DNA from: Bacteroidota bacterium
Lineage (GTDB): Bacteria > Bacteroidota > Bacteroidia > JABEUT01
Length of the DNA stretch: 64,000 bases
Reading direction: 5' to 3'
NCBI GenBank assembly: GCA_013285655.1
Contig: JABDHI010000004.1
Location: 7,772 to 71,771 of the forward strand
Shown: positions 56,967 to 64,000 of the stretch, piece by piece
How positions within the stretch are numbered: the stretch's first letter is position 1
Layout of the letters: each line of letters opens with the position of its first letter
Position numbers and translations under genes: made by a program
Notes under the pieces: generated by a model
Database searches by the model: none
Seen by the model: only the letters and a program-made list of their open reading frames with translations
What the model was told of the DNA's origin: nothing

Positions 56967-59033
56967 TTACCATGTAATTACTGCGCTACCATTATGTGCG
57001 CCCATATAATTAGTACCCGTTTTGGTTGCAGTTGTATTGTTAAAATAAGAACCGCCGCCACCGCCGCCGCCGCCGGTATTATCATTACCACCGCCGCCGC
57101 CATTGTATCCGCCGCCACCGCCGGCGCCGCTAAAGTTGCCGGCGCCGCCGCCGCCATATCCGCCGCCGCCGCCATATCCAGAGCCCGAGTATCCTGCTCC
57201 CCCCTGGCCTGGATTAGTTCCTGCTAAGGGATAAATACCACCACCACACGCATATGTGCCTGTTACATTCGCACTAGATTGGCCCCATCCGCAACCACCG
57301 GCACCGGGCCCATTGTTTGAATTGCTTCCTGAGGCTCCTGCACTGGAACCTGTACCGGCTGCGCCATTGCCACCTGTACCATTTGTACCCGCTTCAAGCG
57401 CCGCTGCAGAACCATTAGATGTTTGTCCGTTACCGCCAATTGATGTGGAAGAGAGCCCTGCACCGCCACCGCCACCGGCAACAACTAGCAATGTCGAGCT
57501 TGTTGCATCCCATATAAACGTACCGCCGCCGCCGCCTGCTCCATTGTTATACAGACCATCAGAGCCGCCGGATCCTACCAGGATATCTAACACATGCCCG
57601 GCAGTTACTGCAATACTTCCTGAAACCATTGCTCCCAAGCCGGGTGGAGTTCCACTTTGAGAGCCATCCTCTATATCAAATCCTCCATTCCCCCCTGTAG
57701 CAGTAATCGTTAACGTAGTAATTCCTGTGGGAACAGTAAATGTAACAACCACGCCGGTGAAACAATATGTCTGACAGCCATGTATACCTGGAGGAGTGGA
57801 CCATGTTCCATCACCTCTCCAATAAGTAGTTGAACTTGCACTAGTACCACTACCTAAATTAGTAACAGGCAAATTACCAGTTACATCGTTTGCAAGGTTT
57901 ACAGCACTAAACGATGGATTCCCGGCAGCGTTACCATGCAACACAGTTGTTGTTGTCCCTTGGTTTGCAAACAATGAGCCCGTGAGTGAAGGAGTAAAAT
58001 AGGTTGGTGCTGCACCTGAACCTGTATTGTTTCCGAGTATAGTATTAGCGCCGGCATTAGTTAGTGTATAAGAAATAGAAGGAGTAGTTGTTGAATTAGA
58101 AACACTGGTTGTAAAAATCGGAGATAAGTTTCCTGATGCAACTGAAGTAACACTACCTGAACCAGTTGCACCTGTAGCACCGGTAGCTCCATTGGCACCT
58201 ACAGCACCAGTAGCACCCGTTGCACCAGTAGCTCCATTAGAACCTGCTGTGCCCGTTGCTCCGGTTGCTCCTGTAGCACCAGTAGAGCCATTAGAACCTG
58301 CTGTGCCCGTTGCTCCGGTTGCTCCTGTAGCACCAGTAGCTCCAGTAGCTCCATTAGAGCCTGCTGTACCTGTAGCTCCAGTTGCACCATTAGAACCTGC
58401 TGTGCCAGTAGCACCAGTTGCTCCTGTAGCACCATTGGCTCCATCAGAACCTGCTGCACCTGTTGCACCAGTGGCACCTGTTACACCATTAGAACCCGCT
58501 GTACCAGTAGCACCTGTTGCTCCGTCATTTCCATTTGCACCAGTAGCGCCGGTTGCTCCGTCATTTCCTGTAGCGCCCGTGGCACCTGTTGCGCCCGTGG
58601 CTCCGGTTGCACCTGGTGTTCCGCTTGCAGCTGCATATAATGCATAAGGCACACTCATTAACTGAGTGGTTGATGTTACCGTATAACTTGTTCCTCCTGT
58701 AGGATCGGTTTGCACCATTATATAATAAGGACCATTTGCCCAATTAATAGAAGCAAATGTTCCACTAACCACATTTCCATTACCTATTACAATGGTTACT
58801 AAACCATTTGCATTTGATGTAGGGGTTTGAGTTTCGCTATAAACAGATGTACCTGTTGAACTGCCCTGCAGTATACTTATTTGCATGCCCACAGGAGCAC
58901 TTTGCACAAGTTGGTTACTTGCATTGCGCACTACCGCCTGGTAGGTAAAGCCTTGAGGCGCCTGCGCCATAACTGAAGATGCCAGGCATACACTTGCTGC
59001 TATGGCTGTAAGTCCCAGAGTAGTTTTTCTCAT
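56967..59033 (-). CDS. secreted fibre-like protein: N-terminal domain, proline-free collagen-like (G-A-T)n region, tail-fibre-like linker, C-terminal glycine-rich domain
   Basis: Signal peptide '[24 protein letters not shown]'. About 50 uninterrupted Gly-X-Y triplets. Then '...[27 protein letters not shown]' and a Gly-rich domain ('[12 protein letters not shown]...[11 protein letters not shown]...') ending in poly-Gly runs. The ATG overlaps the upstream gene's stop (ATGA). Confidence 0.85.
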   Translation of the reverse strand: MRKTTLGLTAIAASVCLASSVMAQAPQGFTYQAVVRNASNQLVQSAPVGMQISILQGSSTGTSVYSETQTPTSNANGLVTIVIGNGNVVSGTFASINWANGPYYIMVQTDPTGGTSYTVTSTTQLMSVPYALYAAASGTPGATGATGATGATGATGNDGATGATGANGNDGATGATGTAGSNGVTGATGATGAAGSDGANGATGATGATGTAGSNGATGATGTAGSNGATGATGATGATGATGTAGSNGSTGATGATGATGTAGSNGATGATGATGAVGANGATGATGATGSGSVTSVASGNLSPIFTTSVSNSTTTPSISYTLTNAGANTILGNNTGSGAAPTYFTPSLTGSLFANQGTTTTVLHGNAAGNPSFSAVNLANDVTGNLPVTNLGSGTSASSTTYWRGDGTWSTPPGIHGCQTYCFTGVVVTFTVPTGITTLTITATGGNGGFDIEDGSQSGTPPGLGAMVSGSIAVTAGHVLDILVGSGGSDGLYNNGAGGGGGTFIWDATSSTLLVVAGGGGGAGLSSTSIGGNGQTSNGSAAALEAGTNGTGGNGAAGTGSSAGASGSNSNNGPGAGGCGWGQSSANVTGTYACGGGIYPLAGTNPGQGGAGYSGSGYGGGGGYGGGGAGNFSGAGGGGGYNGGGGGNDNTGGGGGGGGSYFNNTTATKTGTNYMGAHNGSAVITW
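58164..58622 (-). repeat. in-frame 9-bp-periodic tandem repeat encoding Gly-X-Y triplets (mostly GAT, punctuated by GTAGSN units)
   Basis: The DNA reads as repeated ggt/gga-gct/gca-acn units on the minus strand. Protein residues about 138-290. I counted about 51 triplets by hand. Confidence 0.9.
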
Positions 59034-59521
59034 TTACTTTTAATTATTTTAAATGTCTTTACTTCATTATTGTTATCATATACCTTTATCAGGTATTCGC
59101 CATAAGCCATATTAGTAAGATCTATTTCAGTAATCAAAGCACTTATATTATGCTGCATTATTTGCTGCCCAAGTATATTAGTAACTGCATAGTTATAACT
59201 GCTTTGGCCGCTTATAGCCTGTAATTCTAAGTATAATGTATTTATAGTAGGATTAGGGTATGCCTTGCAGCTAAGGGCCACATTGGTATTCTCTACTCCT
59301 GTAAGTATCTGTATTTCGTAAGGTTGTTGAACACCTTGTGTTATAGCGCCATTAGCGTTAGTTGTGTTAATATAATTGGGCTGGCCAATACTAAAACTTA
59401 CTGATCCATTACTTCCTGAGGCATCTCCCCCGGCAACTAGTGCATCTTGCTGAGCATTAACATTCGCAACAGCAACAACTAAAAAGATTAAGCAGGAAAT
59501 TGAGTAGTAAATTTTTCTCAT
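59030..59521 (-). CDS. small secreted protein with T9SS type-A C-terminal sorting domain
   Basis: Signal peptide '...[10 protein letters not shown]'. A short domain '[40 protein letters not shown]'. A CTD '[15 protein letters not shown]...[23 protein letters not shown]'. ATG at 59521 preferred over the tracked TTG at 59530. Confidence 0.8.
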   Translation of the reverse strand: MRKIYYSISCLIFLVVAVANVNAQQDALVAGGDASGSNGSVSFSIGQPNYINTTNANGAITQGVQQPYEIQILTGVENTNVALSCKAYPNPTINTLYLELQAISGQSSYNYAVTNILGQQIMQHNISALITEIDLTNMAYGEYLIKVYDNNNEVKTFKIIKSK

Positions 59522-59644
59522 TAAGCACAATTACTTTAGCGGAAAACTATGCTAAAAATAAATTCTTTTGTATAGTGTCAAGCATGGTTTAACGATGAAT
59601 TAATATTCAAAACATAAAAGTTATTGAAAATCAACGTGAAAAAA

Positions 59645-61933
59645 TTACTGCGCTTTTGAATTCTGAGCCTCCGCAAGGTTGTTTTTTATAAGTGCATTTG
59701 AAGGGTCAAGCTTAAGTGCCTGTTTGCCTGTATATAGGGCACTATCCCACATGTTCATTTTGTTATAGGAAGCACACATATTATTATATGCTAAAACATA
59801 TTTCGGATTTAGCTTTAGTGATTGTTTGCATGCACCTATAGCGTTTTCATAAAGGCCCTGGTTGTAATACAGTAGGCTTAAATTCAAATAGGCTTCGGGT
59901 GTTTTTTGTTTTTCAGCAATTGCAATAAGGCTGTCGGTTAACACCAATTGCTGATGCGCGTATAAGTAATTATTTCTGGCCAATGTATAATTGCTGTTTG
60001 TTTTCAGCGCCTGTTCAAACGCATCCATCGCTTTTTGCCATTCGCCCATCATATTATATGCCGAACCAATGTTATTATAAGCTGCATCATAACCAGGTTT
60101 CAATTTAACAGCCTCCCTACAGGCATCTATACAGTTTTTATACATCTTTTTATTGTAATACAGTAAACTAAGGTCAAGGTAATTTTCGGGTGTAGGATTC
60201 TGTTTTACCCGCGCTTTCTGCTCTTCCAATTTTCCTTTTCTGTTTTCTGCATTGGCCAGGTATTGTTTTGCAATTGCATCTTCAGGCAATAATTGTAATG
60301 TTTCATTTGCCAGTGTTTTAAGTTCATGCCAATCTTCTTCGTCCTGGTATATGGCCATAAGCATATAGGCAGAGCTAATATCGGCAGAAGAAATACTTAA
60401 TACTTTTTTCAACAATGGAATAGCATCCGCGTTACGGCCGCGTTCGTGCAAATATTTGGCATAGAAGTAACTTAACGAAGGCACATCTGGTCCGTACTTC
60501 AGCGCAAGCTTGTAATAATGTTCAGCAGTATCATATTGCAACTGTGCATATTTATCAATGGCCAAATTGCCATACGCATAAGCGTAATATGGCATCAATG
60601 TAATTGCTTTCCTGTAATATATTTCAGCTGCTGCATAATCTCCTTTATTCATTAATGTAAGGCCGTAATTCATAATGGCCCTGCCATTTCGCGGGCTTTT
60701 TTCTATTACATCTTTCCATAAGCTTTCTTCGGTATGCCATACCATATTTCGACTATATGTTCCTGCTGCATTCAATAAAACAATAACTACCAGCGCCGTT
60801 TTAAATACTGTTGCAAGCTTGTTACCCCAACTTTGCCATGCAAGGGCAATTAACCAACCAGTGGCCATTACAAGCCCAATATATGGGAAAAAGGCTCTGT
60901 GATCGTTAACTACTTCGGCCAATGGTATTAATGAGGTAGGTAACAAAGCAATAATAAACCAGGCAAGGCCAAATAACACCGGCGCATATGTAGGCCTTTT
61001 AAACAGTCTTATGCAAATTGTTACTATAGCGATTAAGAATAGTATGCCCATTAAAAACCTCCAATCAACAACAGATGCCAGGGGAATCCAGTCAGAATCG
61101 GCACTTACACCAAAAGGGAAGAAGTATGTAAGAAAGTAATATAAGGCAACAAAAGGTTGGGTAATAGTATAATTATAAAAAACGCCGCCGGTAACAAAAG
61201 TGGTTGAGCCTAATTTTGATTGTAACTCATACAGGCCCAGGCATACCACTAAAACCGGAAGAACCGGTACCAGAGAGCCCTTTATTTTGTTGAAGAGAGT
61301 ACCTTCTTTACTCTCGAACAATATAGTATACAAAACCAGCAACACCGGAAAAACAATTACCGTTGGTTTAAACAAAAAACCTATTGCTACAGGCACTATG
61401 TACAAATACCATTTACGTAAACCGGGCTTGTATACATATAATACCATACCCAACATAAGCCAGCAGGTAGAAATAGAATCGGATGATGAAGAGGTATAGT
61501 TTATAACACTTGAATTAATAGTGGCAACCATATACCATCCTGTAGCGAATAAGGCGAAGTATTTGTTTGCCGGCTGTTCGGCAGTACTATTAAATACTTT
61601 AATTAATAAAAAATAAAGGCAAAAACCTTGCAATAAAAAGAACAAAAAAACAGGCACGTGGTAAAACACCGGATTAAAGCCACCCATTGCATAATCTAAC
61701 GCATACAAAGTAGTGAGCATTGGCCTGTATGATTGATTAGCCGGTAAGGAACTAAAGGTTTGAGCGCTTTTGAAAAAGGATGGAATGTTTTTGAGGCTAC
61801 GTATATAGCTGTTGTTTACAATGGTATGCATATCGTCAAAATGAAAGCTATTGGTAAAATGATTAGAATAAGCCATCAGTACAAGAAAAAGCAAACCCGC
61901 AATGCACCAATTAAATGTCTTGTCTTTTTTCAT
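59645..61933 (-). CDS. polytopic membrane protein with long C-terminal TPR array (GT-C / TMTC-like putative protein O-glycosyltransferase)
   Basis: 'FHFDDMHTIVNN...LKNIPSFF...SYRPML' followed by about 10 TM helices, then multiple TPR units ('AYYNLG/AYNNIG'-type). ATG at 61933 is preferred because a -7 box lies at 61952-61945. The tracked start at 62002 is a GTG. Confidence 0.6.
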   Translation of the reverse strand: MKKDKTFNWCIAGLLFLVLMAYSNHFTNSFHFDDMHTIVNNSYIRSLKNIPSFFKSAQTFSSLPANQSYRPMLTTLYALDYAMGGFNPVFYHVPVFLFFLLQGFCLYFLLIKVFNSTAEQPANKYFALFATGWYMVATINSSVINYTSSSSDSISTCWLMLGMVLYVYKPGLRKWYLYIVPVAIGFLFKPTVIVFPVLLVLYTILFESKEGTLFNKIKGSLVPVLPVLVVCLGLYELQSKLGSTTFVTGGVFYNYTITQPFVALYYFLTYFFPFGVSADSDWIPLASVVDWRFLMGILFLIAIVTICIRLFKRPTYAPVLFGLAWFIIALLPTSLIPLAEVVNDHRAFFPYIGLVMATGWLIALAWQSWGNKLATVFKTALVVIVLLNAAGTYSRNMVWHTEESLWKDVIEKSPRNGRAIMNYGLTLMNKGDYAAAEIYYRKAITLMPYYAYAYGNLAIDKYAQLQYDTAEHYYKLALKYGPDVPSLSYFYAKYLHERGRNADAIPLLKKVLSISSADISSAYMLMAIYQDEEDWHELKTLANETLQLLPEDAIAKQYLANAENRKGKLEEQKARVKQNPTPENYLDLSLLYYNKKMYKNCIDACREAVKLKPGYDAAYNNIGSAYNMMGEWQKAMDAFEQALKTNSNYTLARNNYLYAHQQLVLTDSLIAIAEKQKTPEAYLNLSLLYYNQGLYENAIGACKQSLKLNPKYVLAYNNMCASYNKMNMWDSALYTGKQALKLDPSNALIKNNLAEAQNSKAQ

Positions 61934-61944
61934 CTTAGGATATT

Positions 61945-61952
61945 CAAAATTA
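61945..61952 (-). promoter_or_regulatory. candidate -7 promoter box (TAATTTTG) for the GT-C/TPR - T9SS - collagen-like unit
   Basis: Reverse complement of 'caaaatta' is TAATTTTG, which matches TAnnTTTG. 11 nt lie between the box and the ATG at 61933. Confidence 0.35.
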
Positions 61953-62093
61953 TAATTATTTCCACGTTCTTTATTCGCATATACCTTTGTGCCATTAACC
62001 ACAACTGCATTTTATTTATTATTGTGAAAATGAATATTCAATGAAAAATGAATAAAGACATTTTTGTATATTGCGTTGGTCTTAAATAAGTTA

Positions 62094-64000
62094 ATGCGGA
62101 AATTTTACATTGTAACCACTCTTTTTTGCCTGTTTACAGGTGCCTTAATTGCCCAATCCCCATTAAGGGGAGAGCAAGCAGAAGTACTATGGAACGATAA
62201 TGAAACCAAGTGGGAAAGCAATATGCTTTCTGTCCTGCAAACTACTCCGGATGAGTTACATACCTTTTTACAATACAACCAGACTGATTTTTTTGCCGTA
62301 AGGAATCGTTTCTTTACGAAAGCGATGAGCGGGAAAATGGATAGCGGCAAGATAGCTGCCTTTTTTAATCACTTACAGACAAAATACAAAGCCCTATACA
62401 CTACTTACTTATATACAAAGCAGAATTATCCGGCTACAATAGCATCTCATATTGCCGAACAGAATTATTCAAAAAACGACAGGCGGCCTTCGGGTACGTG
62501 CCCCACAGCTTGCAATAATATTGATTTTGAAAATGGCTCACTTTCAGGCTGGACGGCTTGTTTTGCAAAGAATAATGAGTTTACAACCAATGCAACCGAT
62601 TTTTCAACCACTGCCTTTACCTGCAGTGGTATTTTGGGAAATGTAACGGAAGCTGCTTATGATAATAGCACTACCAGTTACCAGGTATCATTGGTAACCG
62701 GCTCAGCTGTCGACCCGATAGTAGGCCCTGCCTTGCCCATGGTTGCGCCGGGAGGTGGTAAATACTCTGCATGTGTTGGCGATGGTGTTGGTATAAAATA
62801 TGGTGTTGCAGAATTAAGCAACCAGTTCACAGTATCGGCCAGCTCACCAATTTTAACATTGCAGTATGCAGCCGTACTTGAAAATCCTAATCATACCTAT
62901 TATCAGCAACCTTGGTTTCAAATTGAAGTGCTTGACCAGAATAATAACGAAATAAGCGCATGCGGACAATATTTTGTTGTTTCAGCGGCGGGTTTGCAAG
63001 GTTTCCATGCTGTTTATTATCCAATAGATGTCGATTCGGTTTACTACAAACCATGGACAACAGTTTACGTGCCCTTATATAAATATGTGGGCCAATGCGT
63101 AACCGTAATTTTTAAAACTGCTGATTGTGCCCAGGGCGGGCATTTCGGGTATGCATACGTTGATGCGTCCTGCAGTAATACAGGTGTTATTTCTTCGGCA
63201 CCAGCCTATTGCGGACAAACCTATACGTTAACCGCTCCGGCAGGCCAATCTTCGTATACCTGGAGCGGCCCTTGTATCTCAGGGCCTGTTAACCAACAGT
63301 CGGTTGCTGTTACTTGTGCAGGTACCTATAGTGTAATTGTTAAAGGTTCAGCTACATGTACCGATACCCTTTCGGTTAATGTCAGTAATGTTGCGGGCCC
63401 TCCACCGGTACCAAATTTTACTACCGATACCGTATGTTCGGGTTCTGTTACACATTTTACCAATAGGTCAAACCCGCTTAGTGGCGCCGGTGTTAAGTTT
63501 TACTGGGATTTTTACAACAATGGCAAAATTGAAGACTCAACCGTAAATCCTACTTTTAAGTTTACCACTACCGGTATGCATCAGGTAAGGCTTTTAGAAG
63601 AAGTGAATGGCTGCGAAGCTGATACTATTATGAATGTATTCGTAGCTCCGCTTCCTTATATAATATCCTCTTCTTTCTCTTTATATTACTGTTCAAAGGG
63701 TTCTCCTGTTACCCTTACTGCTTCCAGTGGCCTTACTTACTTATGGAATACCGGTGCTACAACAAGCTCTATTACTGTTACACCTACTACCGTTACAACA
63801 TATTCGGTAAAAAGTACAGAAGGTGCTTGTGTGTCAACGGCCAGTGCTGCCATCACTCCTTCCGTATCACCAAGCAGTAGTATTACATCATTTACTAATG
63901 TAACCTGTAATAATGCCTGCAATGGTAAGGCAACGGTAACAGCCAACGGCGGAACTACTCCATATACCTATGCATGGCATACTGCACCGGCCTTTTATAC
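62094..64000 (+). CDS. large secreted adhesin-like protein, N-terminal part only (PKD-like domain and SprB-type repeat; runs off the right edge)
   Basis: Not in the ORF track because it has no stop in the window. Hand translation from ATG 62094 gives MRKFYIVTTLFCLFTGALIAQ... and stays open to 64000. Contains 'NIDFENGSLSGW', a PKD-like 'VKFYWDFYNNGKIEDSTVNPTFKFTTTGMHQV', and an SprB-like 'NVTCNNACNGKATVTANGGTTPYTYAW'. Confidence 0.75.
   Translation, partial: MRKFYIVTTLFCLFTGALIAQSPLRGEQAEVLWNDNETKWESNMLSVLQTTPDELHTFLQYNQTDFFAVRNRFFTKAMSGKMDSGKIAAFFNHLQTKYKALYTTYLYTKQNYPATIASHIAEQNYSKNDRRPSGTCPTACNNIDFENGSLSGWTACFAKNNEFTTNATDFSTTAFTCSGILGNVTEAAYDNSTTSYQVSLVTGSAVDPIVGPALPMVAPGGGKYSACVGDGVGIKYGVAELSNQFTVSASSPILTLQYAAVLENPNHTYYQQPWFQIEVLDQNNNEISACGQYFVVSAAGLQGFHAVYYPIDVDSVYYKPWTTVYVPLYKYVGQCVTVIFKTADCAQGGHFGYAYVDASCSNTGVISSAPAYCGQTYTLTAPAGQSSYTWSGPCISGPVNQQSVAVTCAGTYSVIVKGSATCTDTLSVNVSNVAGPPPVPNFTTDTVCSGSVTHFTNRSNPLSGAGVKFYWDFYNNGKIEDSTVNPTFKFTTTGMHQVRLLEEVNGCEADTIMNVFVAPLPYIISSSFSLYYCSKGSPVTLTASSGLTYLWNTGATTSSITVTPTTVTTYSVKSTEGACVSTASAAITPSVSPSSSITSFTNVTCNNACNGKATVTANGGTTPYTYAWHTAPAFY

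Noticed and set aside
56978-57660. Several Ala/Pro-rich ORFs (65, 77, 134 and 73 aa) on both strands
   Set aside because: They are out-of-frame or antisense readings of the GC-rich glycine-codon region at the 3' end of the collagen-like gene.
58164-58622. Possibility that the periodic repeat is a CRISPR array or a non-coding satellite
   Set aside because: The period is 9 bp with no unique spacers. The repeat is in frame within a long ORF that has a signal peptide and folded flanking domains. No cas genes are present.
58192-58647. 151-aa plus-strand 'APVAPVAPV...' ORF and the neighbouring 92-aa and 60-aa minus-strand ORFs
   Set aside because: These are alternative-frame or antisense readings of the Gly-X-Y repeat DNA. 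Only the frame with a signal peptide, the GXY run and a continuous 688-aa product makes biological sense.
62105-62350. 81-aa minus-strand ORF
   Set aside because: It is antisense to the long open plus-strand frame starting at 62094, which has a signal peptide and PKD/SprB-type motifs.
1-64000. Search for tRNA, rRNA, CRISPR, IS elements and known anti-phage defence systems
   Set aside because: Reading both strands, I found no cloverleaf-like conserved tRNA arms, no rRNA-like segments, no repeat-spacer arrays, no transposase or inverted terminal repeats, and no recognisable defence-gene motifs. Absence by eye is not proof; tRNAscan, Infernal and defence-system HMM scans would settle it.

Overview
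The window looks like a Bacteroidota chromosome segment. Evidence: a T9SS type-A C-terminal sorting domain, exosortase XrtF, SprB-type repeats, and recurring TAnnTTTG -7 promoter boxes. All functional calls come from motif recognition by eye on the supplied translations. No database search was run. Layout: (1) 1-4.2 kb, minus strand: a small split micro-gene, then a Wzc-like tyrosine autokinase, xrtF, the XrtF-associated membrane protein, and a membrane protein cut by the window edge. (2) 4.3-29.1 kb: a large, visibly AT-richer glycan-biosynthesis locus. It holds 19 co-directional plus-strand genes (6647-25307). These open with Wzm/Wzt ABC exporter genes and a CDP-hexose pathway (rfbF, rfbG, RfbC-like epimerase, C-methyltransferase, DegT aminotransferase). 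They continue with four more methyltransferases, an ATP-grasp ligase, an amidohydrolase, an acetyltransferase, a GDP-mannose-3,5-epimerase-like SDR, a GT11 enzyme, an AsnB-like amidotransferase and two GT2 enzymes. This block converges on a minus-strand set (GT4, SDR, nucleotidyltransferase). (3) 29.9-33.2 kb: housekeeping lpd and an M61/PDZ peptidase. (4) 33.3-47.8 kb: a small phage-like remnant, then an accessory redox/regulator patch. It contains 2 AraC, 1 Crp/Fnr, 4 SDR/NAD(P)-binding oxidoreductases, a Zn-ADH, a cupin, YceI, an MFS transporter, DoxX and OM beta-barrels. (5) 48-56.8 kb: envelope-modification genes (two GT-C-type membrane glycosyltransferases, MBOAT plus an SGNH-like partner, RidA, Lnt). 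(6) 57-64 kb: surface proteins. These are a GT-C/TPR protein, a small T9SS-CTD protein, a 688-aa proline-free collagen-like/glycine-rich fibre protein, and the start of a large PKD/SprB-repeat adhesin. I saw no rRNA, tRNA, CRISPR array, transposase/integrase or recognisable anti-phage defence genes. Two items stand out. (a) A C10 homopolymer splits a signal-peptide ORF from a Pro/Cys-rich ORF that ends in an exosortase-style helix-plus-basic tail. It sits at the head of the wzc-xrtF string and is a candidate XrtF cargo. (b) The GT-C/TPR + T9SS-CTD + collagen-like fibre module.
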